Shown here piece by piece: positions 42,101-55,600 of a DNA stretch of 64,000 nt (its first letter is position 1; each line of letters begins with the position of its first letter). The translations under genes were made by a program, and so were the position numbers. The stretch lies in assembly GCF_009914755.1 (NCBI RefSeq), contig NC_060925.1. One strand, given 5' to 3'. Below the pieces are notes generated by a model, which saw nothing but the letters and a program-made list of their open reading frames with translations, was not told where the DNA came from and searched no databases. This DNA comes from the human T2T-CHM13v2.0 reference genome, Homo sapiens.

Positions 42101-45100
42101 CTGCAGAAGGAGTGTTTCAAACCTGAACTATCAGAGAAAGGTTCAACACTGTGAGTTGAATGCAAGCATCACGAAGAAGGTTCTGAGAATGCTTCTGTTT
42201 AGATAGGTGAGTTTTCTCCCGTATCCAACGAAATCCTCAGAGAGGTCCAAATATCCACTTGCAGATTCTACAGAAAGTGTGTTTTGAAACTGCTCCATCC
42301 AAAGGAATGTTCAGCTCTGTGAGTTGAACTCAATCGTCACAAAGTGTTTCCTGGGAATGCTACTGTCTAGTTTTTATGGGCAGTTATATCCTCTGCTGCC
42401 ATAGGCCTCAAAGCGGTCCAAATCTCCCCTTTCAGATTCTACCAAAAGTGTGTTTCCAAACGGCTCTATCAAAGGGAATGTTCAACTCTGTGACTTGCAT
42501 GCAATCATCACAAAGCAGTTTCTGAGAATGCTTCCATGTAGCTTTTAGGAGAAGATATTTCCTTTTCCACCCCAGGCCTCGAAGCCCTCCAAATGTCCCC
42601 TTGCAGATGCTAGAAAGAGAGGGTTTCAAAGCTGCTCTATCAAAAGGAAAGTACAACTCTGTGAGTTGAATGCAAACATCACAAAGAAGCTCCTGAGCAT
42701 GCTTCCGTTTAGCTTTCATGGGAAGATTATCCCTTTTCCATCGAAATGTTCAAAGAGGTCCACATATCCGCTTGCAGATTCCACCGAAAGAGTGTTTCCA
42801 AACTGCTGTATCAAAAGGAATCTTCAACTCCGTGAGTTGAATGCAATCATCACAAAGAAGTTTCTGACAATGCTTCTCTCTAGTTTTTATGTGAAGATAT
42901 TTCCTTTTCCACCACAGGCCTGAAAGCGCTCCAAATGTCCACTTGGAGACTCTACGAAAAGAATGTTTCAAAACTGCTCTATGAAAAGCAATGTTATACT
43001 CTGGGAGTTGAACACAAGCCTCACAAAGGACTTTCTGAGAATGCTTCTGTTTACTTTTTACGTGAAGATATTCCCGTTTCCAAAGAAATCTTCACAGAGT
43101 TCCACCTATCCATTTGCAGATGCTAGAAAAAGAGAGTTTCAAAACTGCTCTATCAAAAGGAATGTTCAACTCTGTGAGTTGAATGCAGTCATCACAGAGA
43201 AGTTTCTGAGAAGGCTTCTGTCTAGATTTTATGTGAAGATATACCCGTTTCGAACGAAGGCCACAAAGTGCTCCAAATATCCACTTGCAGGTCCTCCAAC
43301 AAGAGTGTTTCAAACGTGAACTATCAAAGGAAGGTTCAACTCTGGACTTTGAATGCAAACGTCAGAAAGATGTTTCTGCGAAAGCTTCTGTTTAGTTAGG
43401 TGACGTTATCCCGTTTCCAACGAAATCCTCAGAGAGGTCCAAATATCCACCTGCAGATTCTGCAAAAAGTGTGTTTCCAAACTGCTGCACCCAAAGGCAT
43501 GTTCAGCTCTGTGAGTTAAACTCAATCATCACAAAGTATTTTCTGAGAATGCTTCTGTCCAGTTTTTACATGAAGCTGTTTCCTTTACTACCGTAGGCCT
43601 CAAAGCGTTCCAAATCTCCACTTGCAGATACTACGAAAAGGGCGTTTCAACCTGAACTCACAAGGGAAGGTTCAACTCTGTCAGTTGAATGCCAACATCA
43701 CAAAGAAGTTCTGGGAATGTTTCTCTTCAGTTATGTGAGTTTTATCCCGTTTCCAACGAAATTCTCAGAGAAGTACAAATATCCACTTGCATATTCTACA
43801 AAAAGTGTGTTTTGAAAGTGCTCCATCAAAAGATATGCTCAGCTCTGTGAGGTAAACTCAATCATCACAAAGAATTTTCTGAGAATGCTTCTGTCTTGTT
43901 TTAGGATGAAGTTATTTCCTTTACGACGATAGGCCTCAAAGAGGTCCAAATATCCACTTGCAGATTCTGCAGAAGGAGTGTTTCAAACCTGAACTATCAG
44001 AGAAAGGTTCAACACTGTGAGTTGAATGCAAGCATCACGAAGAAGGTTCTGAGAATGCTTCTGTTTAGATAGGTGAGTTTTCTCCCGTATCCAACGAAAT
44101 CCTCAGAGAGGTCCAAATATCCACTTGCAGATTCTACAGAAAGTGTGTTTTGAAACTGCTCCATCCAAAGGAATGTTCAGCTCTGTGAGTTGAACTCAAT
44201 CGTCACAAAGTGTTTCCTGGGAATGCTACTGTCTAGTTTTTATGGGCAGTTATATCCTCTGCTGCCATAGGCCTCAAAGCGGTCCAAATCTCCCCTTTCA
44301 GATTCTACCAAAAGTGTGTTTCCAAACGGCTCTATCAAAGGGAATGTTCAACTCTGTGACTTGCATGCAATCATCACAAAGCAGTTTCTGAGAATGCTTC
44401 CATGTAGCTTTTAGGAGAAGATATTTCCTTTTCCACCCCAGGCCTCGAAGCCCTCCAAATGTCCCCTTGCAGATGCTAGAAAGAGAGGGTTTCAAAGCTG
44501 CTCTATCAAAAGGAAAGTACAACTCTGTGAGTTGAATGCAAACATCACAAAGAAGCTCCTGAGCATGCTTCCGTTTAGCTTTCATGGGAAGATTATCCCT
44601 TTTCCATCGAAATGTTCAAAGAGGTCCACATATCCGCTTGCAGATTCCACCGAAAGAGTGTTTCCAAACTGCTGTATCAAAAGGAATCTTCAACTCCGTG
44701 AGTTGAATGCAATCATCACAAAGAAGTTTCTGACAATGCTTCTCTCTAGTTTTTATGTGAAGATATTTCCTTTTCCACCACAGGCCTGAAAGCGCTCCAA
44801 ATGTCCACTTGGAGACTCTACGAAAAGAATGTTTCAAAACTGCTCTATGAAAAGCAATGTTATACTCTGGGAGTTGAACACAAGCCTCACAAAGGACTTT
44901 CTGAGAATGTTTCTGTTTACTTTTTACGTGAAGATATTCCCGTTTCCAAATAAATCTTCACAGACTTCCACCTATCCATTTGCAGATGCTAGAAAAAGAG
45001 AGTTTCAAAACTGCTCTATCAAAAGGAATGTTCAACTCTGTGAGTTGAATGCAGTCATCACAGAGAAGTTTCTGAGAAGGCTTCTGTCTAGATTTTATGT

Positions 45101-46650
45101 GAAGATATACCCGTTTCGAACGAAGGCCACAAAGTGCTCCAAATATCCACTTGCAGGTCCTCCAACAAGAGTGTTTCAAACGTGAACTATCAAAGGAAGG
45201 TTCAACTCTGGACTTTGAATGCAAACGTCAGAAAGATGTTTCTGCGAAAGCTTCTGTTTAGTTAGGTGACGTTATCCCGTTTCCAACGAAATCCTCAGAG
45301 AGGTCCAAATATCCACCTGCAGATTCTGCAAAAAGTGTGTTTCCAAACTGCTGCACCCAAAGGCATGTTCAGCTCTGTGAGTTAAACTCAATCATCACAA
45401 AGTATTTTCTGAGAATGCTTCTGTCCAGTTTTTACATGAAGCTGTTTCCTTTACTACCGTAGGCCTCAAAGCGTTCCAAATCTCCACTTGCAGATACTAC
45501 GAAAAGGGCGTTTCAACCTGAACTCACAAGGGAAGGTTCAACTCTGTCAGTTGAATGCCAACATCACAAAGAAGTTCTGGGAATGTTTCTCTTCAGTTAT
45601 GTGAGTTTTATCCCGTTTCCAACGAAATTCTCAGAGAAGTACAAATATCCACTTGCATATTCTACACAAAGTGTGTTTTGAAAGTGCTCCATAAAAAGAT
45701 ATGCTCAGCTCTGTGAGGTAAACTCAATCATCACAAAGAATTTTCTGAGAATGCTTCTGTCTTGTTTTAGGATGAAGTTATTTCCTTTACGACGATAGGC
45801 CTCAAAGAGGTCCAAATCTCCACTTGCAGATTCTGCAGAAGGAGTGTTTCAAACCTGAACTATCAGAGAAAGGTTCAACACTGTGAGTTGAATGCAAGCA
45901 TCACGAAGAAGGTTCTGAGAATGCTTCTGTTTAGATAGGTGAGTTTTCTCCCGTATCCAACGAAATCCTCAGAGAGGTCCAAATATCCACTTGCAGATTC
46001 TACAGAAAGTGTGTTTTGAAACTGCTCCATCCAAAGGAATGTTCAGCTCTGTGAGTTGAACTCAATCGTCACAAAGTGTTTCCTGGGAATGCTACTGTCT
46101 AGTTTTTATGGGCAGTTATATCCTCTGCTGCCATAGGCCTCAAAGCGGTCCAAATCTCCCCTTTCAGATTCTACCAAAAGTGTGTTTCCAAACGGCTCTA
46201 TCAAAGGGAATGTTCAACTCTGTGACTTGAATGCAATCATCACAAAGCAGTTTCTGAGAATGCTTCCATGTAGCTTTTAGGAGAAGATATTTCCTTTTCC
46301 ACCCCAGGCCTCGAAGCCCTCCAAATGTCCCCTTGCAGATGCTAGAAAGAGAGGGTTTCAAAGCTGCTCTATCAAAAGGAAAGTACAACTCTGTGAGTTG
46401 AATGCAAACATCACAAAGAAGCTCCTGAGCATGCTTCCGTTTAGCTTTCATGGGAAGATTATCCCTTTTCCATCGAAATGTTCAAAGAGGTCCACATATC
46501 CGCTTGCAGATTCCACCGAAAGAGTGTTTCCAAACTGCTGTATCAAAAGGAATCTTCAACTCCGTGAGTTGAATGCAATCATCACAAAGAAGTTTCTGAC
46601 AATGCTTCTCTCTAGTTTTTATGTGAAGATATTTCCTTTTCCACCACAGG

Positions 46651-49600
46651 CCTGAAAGCGCTCCAAATGTCCACTTGGAGACTCTACGAAAAGAATGTTT
46701 CAAAACTGCTCTATGAAAAGCAATGTTATACTCTGGGAGTTGAACACAAGCCTCACAAAGGAGTTTCTGAGAATGCTTCTGTTTACTTTTTACGTGAAGA
46801 TATTCCCGTTTCCAAAGAAATCTTCACAGACTTCCACCTATCCATTTGCAGATGCTAGAAAAAGAGAGTTTCAAAACTGCTCTATCAAAAGGAATGTTCA
46901 ACTCTGTGAGTTGAATGCAGTCATCACAGAGAAGTTTCTGAGAAGGCTTCTGTCTAGATTTTATGTGAAGATATACCCGTTTCGAACGAAGGCCACAAAG
47001 TGCTCCAAATATCCACTTGCAGGTCCTCCAACAAGAGTGTTTCAAACGTGAACTATCAAAGGAAGGTTCAACTCTGGACTTTGAATGCAAACGTCAGAAA
47101 GATGTTTCTGCGAAAGCTTCTGTTTAGTTAGGTGACGTTATCCCGTTTCCAACGAAATCCTCAGAGAGGTCCAAATATCCACCTGCAGATTCTGCAAAAA
47201 GTGTGTTTCCAAACTGCTCCACCCAAAGGCATGTTCAGCTCTGTGAGTTAAACTCAATCATCACAAAGTATTTTCTGAGAATGCTTCTGTCCAGTTTTTA
47301 CATGAAGCTGTTTCCTTTACTACCGTAGGCCTCAAAGCGTTCCAAATCTCCACTTGCAGATACTACGAAAAGGGCGTTTCAACCTGAACTCACAAGGGAA
47401 GGTTCAACTCTGTCAGTTGAATGCCAACATCACAAAGAAGTTCTGGGAATGTTTCTCTTCAGTTATGTGAGTTTTATCCCGTTTCCAACGAAATTCTCAG
47501 AGAAGTACAAATATCCACTTGCATATTCTACACAAAGTGTGTTTTGAAAGTGCTCCATCAAAAGATATGCTCAGCTCTGTGAGTTAAACTCAATCATCAC
47601 AAAGAATTTTCTGAGAATGCTTCTGTCTTGTTTTAGGATGAAGTTATTTCCTTTACGACGATAGGCCTCAAAGAGGTCCAAATCTCCACTTGCAGATTCT
47701 GCAGAAGGAGTGTTTCAAACCTGAACTATCAGAGAAAGGTTCAACACTGTGAGTTGAATGCAAGCATCACGAAGAAGGTTCTGAGAATGCTTCTGTTTAG
47801 ATAGGTGAGTTTTCTCCCGTATCCAACGAAATCCTCAGAGAGGTCCAAATATCCACTTGCAGATTCTACAGAAAGTGTGTTTTGAAACTGCTCCATCCAA
47901 AGGAATGTTCAGCTCTGTGAGTTGAACTCAATCGTCACAAAGTGTTTCCTGGGAATGCTACTGTCTAGTTTTTATGGGCAGTTATATCCTCTGCTGCCAT
48001 AGGCCTCAAAGCGGTCCAAATCTCCCCTTTCAGATTCTACCAAAAGTGTGTTTCCAAACGGCTCTATCAAAGGGAATGTTCAACTCTGTGACTTGAATGC
48101 AATCATCACAAAGCAGTTTCTGAGAATGCTTCCATGTAGCTTTAATGAGCAGATATTTCCTTTTCCACCCCAGGCCTCGAAGCCCTCCAAATGTCCCCTT
48201 GCAGATGCTAGAAAGAGAGGGTTTCAAAGCTGCTCTATCAAAAGGAAAGTACAACTCTGTGAGTTGAAGGCAAACATCACAAAGAAGCTCCTGAGCATGC
48301 TTCCGTTTAGCTTTCATGGGAAGATTATCCCTTTTCCATCGAAATGTTCAAAGAGGTCCACATATCCGCTTGCAGATTCCACCGAAAGAGTGTTTCCAAA
48401 CTGCTGTATCAAAAGGAATCTTCAACTCCGTGAGTTGAATGCAATCATCACAAAGAAGTTTCTGACAATGCTTCTCTCTAGTTTTTATGTGAAGATATTT
48501 CCTTTTCCACCACAGGCCTGAAAGCGCTCCAAATGTCCACTTGGAGACTCTACGAAAAGAATGTTTCAAAACTGCTCTATGAAAAGCAATGTTATACTCT
48601 GGGAGTTGAACACAAGCCTCACAAAGGAGTTTCTGAGAATGCTTCTGTTTACTTTTTACGTGAAGATATTCCCGTTTCCAAAGAAATCTTCACAGACTTC
48701 CACCTATCCATTTGCAGATGCTAGAAAAAGAGAGTTTCAAAACTGCTCTATCAAAAGGAATGTTCAACTCTGTGAGTTGAATGCAGTCATCACAGAGAAG
48801 TTTCTGAGAAGGCTTCTGTCTAGATTTTATGTGAAGATATACCCGTTTCGAACGAAGGCCACAAAGTGCTCCAAATATCCACTTGCAGGTCCTCCAACAA
48901 GAGTGTTTCAAACGTGAACTATCAAAGGAAGGTTCAACTCTGGACTTTGAATGCAAACGTCAGAAAGATGTTTCTGCGAAAGCTTCTGTTTAGTTAGGTG
49001 ACGTTATCCCGTTTCCAACGAAATCCTCAGAGAGGTCCAAATATCCACCTGCAGATTCTGCAAAAAGTGTGTTTCCAAACTGCTCCACCCAAAGGCATGT
49101 TCAGCTCTGTGAGTTAAACTCAATCATCACAAAGTATTTTCTGAGAATGCTTCTGTCCAGTTTTTACATGAAGCTGTTTCCTTTACTACCGTAGGCCTCA
49201 AAGCGTTCCAAATCTCCACTTGCAGATACTACGAAAAGGGCGTTTCAACCTGAACTCACAAGGGAAGGTTCAACTCTGTCAGTTGAATGCCAACATCACA
49301 AAGAAGTTCTGGGAATGTTTCTCTTCAGTTATGTGAGTTTTATCCCGTTTCCAACGAAATTCTCAGAGAAGTACAAATATCCACTTGCATATTCTACACA
49401 AAGTGTGTTTTGAAAGTGCTCCATCAAAAGATATGCTCAGCTCTGTGAGTTAAACTCAATCATCACAAAGAATTTTCTGAGAATGCTTCTGTCTTGTTTT
49501 AGGATGAAGTTATTTCCTTTACGACGATAGGCCTCAAAGAGGTCCAAATCTCCACTTGCAGATTCTGCAGAAGGAGTGTTTCAAACCTGAACTATCAGAG

Positions 49601-52600
49601 AAAGGTTCAACACTGTGAGTTGAATGCAAGCATCACGAAGAAGGTTCTGAGAATGCTTCTGTTTAGATAGGTGAGTTTTCTCCCGTATCCAACGAAATCC
49701 TCAGAGAGGTCCAAATATCCACTTGCAGATTCTACAGAAAGTGTGTTTTGAAACTGCTCCATCCAAAGGAATGTTCAGCTCTGTGAGTTGAACTCAATCG
49801 TCACAAAGTGTTTCCTGGGAATGCTACTGTCTAGTTTTTATGGGCAGTTATATCCTCTGCTGCCATAGGCCTCAAAGCGGTCCAAATCTCCCCTTTCAGA
49901 TTCTACCAAAAGTGTGTTTCCAAACGGCTCTATCAAAGGGAATGTTCAACTCTGTGACTTGAATGCAATCATCACAAAGCAGTTTCTGAGAATGCTTCCA
50001 TGTAGCTTTTAGGAGAAGATATTTCCTTTTCCACCCCAGGCCTCGAAGCCCTCCAAATGTCCCCTTGCAGATGCTAGAAAGAGAGGGTTTCAAAGCTGCT
50101 CTATCAAAAGGAAAGTACAACTCTGTGAGTTGAATGCAAACATCACAAAGAAGCTCCTGAGCATGCTTCCGTTTAGCTTTCATGGGAAGATTATCCCTTT
50201 TCCATCGAAATGTTCAAAGAGGTCCACATATCCGCTTGCAGATTCCACCGAAAGAGTGTTTCCAAACTGCTGTATCAAAAGGAATCTTCAACTCCGTGAG
50301 TTGAATGCAATCATCACAAAGAAGTTTCTGACAATGCTTCTCTCTAGTTTTTATGTGAAGATATTTCCTTTTCCACCACAGGCCTGAAAGCGCTCCAAAT
50401 GTCCACTTGGAGACTCTACGAAAAGAATGTTTCAAAACTGCTCTATGAAAAGCAATGTTATACTCTGGGAGTTGAACACAAGCCTCACAAAGGAGTTTCT
50501 GAGAATGCTTCTGTTTACTTTTTACGTGAAGATATTCCCGTTTCCAAAGAAATCTTCACAGACTTCCACCTATCCATTTGCAGATGCTAGAAAAAGAGAG
50601 TTTCAAAACTGCTCTATCAAAAGGAATGTTCAACTCTGTGAGTTGAATGCAGTCATCACAGAGAAGTTTCTGAGAAGGCTTCTGTCTAGATTTTATGTGA
50701 AGATATACCCGTTTCGAACGAAGGCCACAAAGTGCTCCAAATATCCACTTGCAGGTCCTCCAACAAGAGTGTTTCAAACGTGAACTATCAAAGGAAGGTT
50801 CAACTCTGGACTTTGAATGCAAACGTCAGAAAGATGTTTCTGCGAAAGCTTCTGTTTAGTTAGGTGACGTTATCCCGTTTCCAACGAAATCCTCAGAGAG
50901 GTCCAAATATCCACCTGCAGATTCTGCAAAAAGTGTGTTTCCAAACTGCTCCACCCAAAGGCATGTTCAGCTCTGTGAGTTAAACTCAATCATCACAAAG
51001 TATTTTCTGAGAATGCTTCTGTCCAGTTTTTACATGAAGCTGTTTCCTTTACTACCGTAGGCCTCAAAGCGTTCCAAATCTCCACTTGCAGATACTACGA
51101 AAAGGGCGTTTCAACCTGAACTCACAAGGGAAGGTTCAACTCTGTCAGTTGAATGCCAACATCACAAAGAAGTTCTGGGAATGTTTCTCTTCAGTTATGT
51201 GAGTTTTATCCCGTTTCCAACGAAATTCTCAGAGAAGTACAAATATCCACTTGCATATTCTACACAAAGTGTGTTTTGAAAGTGCTCCATCAAAAGATAT
51301 GCTCAGCTCTGTGAGTTAAACTCAATCATCACAAAGAATTTTCTGAGAATGCTTCTGTCTTGTTTTAGGATGAAGTTATTTCCTTTACGACGATAGGCCT
51401 CAAAGAGGTCCAAATCTCCACTTGCAGATTCTGCAGAAGGAGTGTTTCAAACCTGAACTATCAGAGAAAGGTTCAACACTGTGAGTTGAATGCAAGCATC
51501 ACGAAGAAGGTTCTGAGAATGCTTCTGTTTAGATAGGTGAGTTTTCTCCCGTATCCAACGAAATCCTCAGAGAGGTCCAAATATCCACTTGCAGATTCTA
51601 CAGAAAGTGTGTTTTGAAACTGCTCCATCCAAAGGAATGTTCAGCTCTGTGAGTTGAACTCAATCGTCACAAAGTGTTTCCTGGGAATGCTACTGTCTAG
51701 TTTTTATGGGCAGTTATATCCTCTGCTGCCATAGGCCTCAAAGCGGTCCAAATCTCCCCTTTCAGATTCTACCAAAAGTGTGTTTCCAAACGGCTCTATC
51801 AAAGGGAATGTTCAACTCTGTGACTTGAATGCAATCATCACAAAGCAGTTTCTGAGAATGCTTCCATGTAGCTTTAATGAGCAGATATTTCCTTTTCCAC
51901 CCCAGGCCTCGAAGCCCTCCAAATGTCCCCTTGCAGATGCTAGAAAGAGAGGGTTTCAAAGCTGCTCTATCAAAAGGAAAGTACAACTCTGTGAGTTGAA
52001 GGCAAACATCACAAAGAAGCTCCTGAGCATGCTTCCGTTTAGCTTTCATGGGAAGATTATCCCTTTTCCATCGAAATGTTCAAAGAGGTCCACATATCCG
52101 CTTGCAGATTCCACCGAAAGAGTGTTTCCAAACTGCTGTATCAAAAGGAATCTTCAACTCCGTGAGTTGAATGCAATCATCACAAAGAAGTTTCTGACAA
52201 TGCTTCTCTCTAGTTTTTATGTGAAGATATTTCCTTTTCCACCACAGGCCTGAAAGCGCTCCAAATGTCCACTTGGAGACTCTACGAAAAGAATGTTTCA
52301 AAACTGCTCTATGAAAAGCAATGTTATACTCTGGGAGTTGAACACAAGCCTCACAAAGGAGTTTCTGAGAATGCTTCTGTTTACTTTTTACGTGAAGATA
52401 TTCCCGTTTCCAAAGAAATCTTCACAGACTTCCACCTATCCATTTGCAGATGCTAGAAAAAGAGAGTTTCAAAACTGCTCTATCAAAAGGAATGTTCAAC
52501 TCTGTGAGTTGAATGCAGTCATCACAGAGAAGTTTCTGAGAAGGCTTCTGTCTAGATTTTATGTGAAGATATACCCGTTTCGAACGAAGGCCACAAAGTG

Positions 52601-55600
52601 CTCCAAATATCCACTTGCAGGTCCTCCAACAAGAGTGTTTCAAACGTGAACTATCAAAGGAAGGTTCAACTCTGGACTTTGAATGCAAACGTCAGAAAGA
52701 TGTTTCTGCGAAAGCTTCTGTTTAGTTAGGTGACGTTATCCCGTTTCCAACGAAATCCTCAGAGAGGTCCAAATATCCACCTGCAGATTCTGCAAAAAGT
52801 GTGTTTCCAAACTGCTCCACCCAAAGGCATGTTCAGCTCTGTGACTTAAACTCAATCATCACAAAGTATTTTCTGAGAATGCTTCTGTCCAGTTTTTACA
52901 TGAAGCTGTTTCCTTTACTACCGTAGGCCTCAAAGCGTTCCAAATCTCCACTTGCAGATACTACGAAAAGGGCGTTTCAACCTGAACTCACAAGGGAAGG
53001 TTCAACTCTGTCAGTTGAATGCCAACATCACAAAGAAGTTCTGGGAATGTTTCTCTTCAGTTATGTGAGTTTTATCCCGTTTCCAACGAAATTCTCAGAG
53101 AAGTACAAATATCCACTTGCATATTCTACACAAAGTGTGTTTTGAAAGTGCTCCATCAAAAGATATGCTCAGCTCTGTGAGTTAAACTCAATCATCACAA
53201 AGAATTTTCTGAGAATGCTTCTGTCTTGTTTTAGGATGAAGTTATTTCCTTTACGACGATAGGCCTCAAAGAGGTCCAAATCTCCACTTGCAGATTCTGC
53301 AGAAGGAGTGTTTCAAACCTGAACTATCAGAGAAAGGTTCAACACTGTGAGTTGAATGCAAGCATCACGAAGAAGGTTCTGAGAATGCTTCTGTTTAGAT
53401 AGGTGAGTTTTCTCCCGTATCCAACGAAATCCTCAGAGAGGTCCAAATATCCACTTGCAGATTCTACAGAAAGTGTGTTTTGAAACTGCTCCATCCAAAG
53501 GAATGTTCAGCTCTGTGAGTTGAACTCAATCGTCACAAAGTGTTTCCTGGGAATGCTACTGTCTAGTTTTTATGGGCAGTTATATCCTCTGCTGCCATAG
53601 GCCTCAAAGCGGTCCAAATCTCCCCTTTCAGATTCTACCAAAAGTGTGTTTCCAAACGGCTCTATCAAAGGGAATGTTCAACTCTGTGACTTGAATGCAA
53701 TCATCACAAAGCAGTTTCTGAGAATGCTTCCATGTAGCTTTTAGGAGAAGATATTTCCTTTTCCACCCCAGGCCTCGAAGCCCTCCAAATGTCCCCTTGC
53801 AGATGCTAGAAAGAGAGGGTTTCAAAGCTGCTCTATCAAAAGGAAAGTACAACTCTGTGAGTTGAATGCAAACATCACAAAGAAGCTCCTGAGCATGCTT
53901 CCGTTTAGCTTTCATGGGAAGATTATCCCTTTTCCATCGAAATGTTCAAAGAGGTCCACATATCCGCTTGCAGATTCCACCGAAAGAGTGTTTCCAAACT
54001 GCTGTATCAAAAGGAATCTTCAACTCCGTGAGTTGAATGCAATCATCACAAAGAAGTTTCTGACAATGCTTCTCTCTAGTTTTTATGTGAAGATATTTCC
54101 TTTTCCACCACAGGCCTGAAAGCGCTCCAAATGTCCACTTGGAGACTCTACGAAAAGAATGTTTCAAAACTGCTCTATGAAAAGCAATGTTATACTCTGG
54201 GAGTTGAACACAAGCCTCACAAAGGAGTTTCTGAGAATGCTTCTGTTTACTTTTTACGTGAAGATATTCCCGTTTCCAAAGAAATCTTCACAGACTTCCA
54301 CCTATCCATTTGCAGATGCTAGAAAAAGAGAGTTTCAAAACTGCTCTATCAAAAGGAATGTTCAACTCTGTGAGTTGAATGCAGTCATCACAGAGAAGTT
54401 TCTGAGAAGGCTTCTGTCTAGATTTTATGTGAAGATATACCCGTTTCGAACGAAGGCCACAAAGTGCTCCAAATATCCACTTGCAGGTCCTCCAACAAGA
54501 GTGTTTCAAACGTGAACTATCAAAGGAAGGTTCAACTCTGGACTTTGAATGCAAACGTCAGAAAGATGTTTCTGCGAAAGCTTCTGTTTAGTTAGGTGAC
54601 GTTATCCCGTTTCCAACGAAATCCTCAGAGAGGTCCAAATATCCACCTGCAGATTCTGCAAAAAGTGTGTTTCCAAACTGCTCCACCCAAAGGCATGTTC
54701 AGCTCTGTGAGTTAAACTCAATCATCACAAAGTATTTTCTGAGAATGCTTCTGTCCAGTTTTTACATGAAGCTGTTTCCTTTACTACCGTAGGCCTCAAA
54801 GCGTTCCAAATCTCCACTTGCAGATACTACGAAAAGGGCGTTTCAACCTGAACTCACAAGGGAAGGTTCAACTCTGTCAGTTGAATGCCAACATCACAAA
54901 GAAGTTCTGGGAATGTTTCTCTTCAGTTATGTGAGTTTTATCCCGTTTCCAACGAAATTCTCAGAGAAGTACAAATATCCACTTGCATATTCTACACAAA
55001 GTGTGTTTTGAAAGTGCTCCATCAAAAGATATGCTCAGCTCTGTGAGTTAAACTCAATCATCACAAAGAATTTTCTGAGAATGCTTCTGTCTTGTTTTAG
55101 GATGAAGTTATTTCCTTTACGACGATAGGCCTCAAAGAGGTCCAAATCTCCACTTGCAGATTCTGCAGAAGGAGTGTTTCAAACCTGAACTATCAGAGAA
55201 AGGTTCAACACTGTGAGTTGAATGCAAGCATCACGAAGAAGGTTCTGAGAATGCTTCTGTTTAGATAGGTGAGTTTTCTCCCGTATCCAACGAAATCCTC
55301 AGAGAGGTCCAAATATCCACTTGCAGATTCTACAGAAAGTGTGTTTTGAAACTGCTCCATCCAAAGGAATGTTCAGCTCTGTGAGTTGAACTCAATCGTC
55401 ACAAAGTGTTTCCTGGGAATGCTACTGTCTAGTTTTTATGGGCAGTTATATCCTCTGCTGCCATAGGCCTCAAAGCGGTCCAAATCTCCCCTTTCAGATT
55501 CTACCAAAAGTGTGTTTCCAAACGGCTCTATCAAAGGGAATGTTCAACTCTGTGACTTGAATGCAATCATCACAAAGCAGTTTCTGAGAATGCTTCCATG

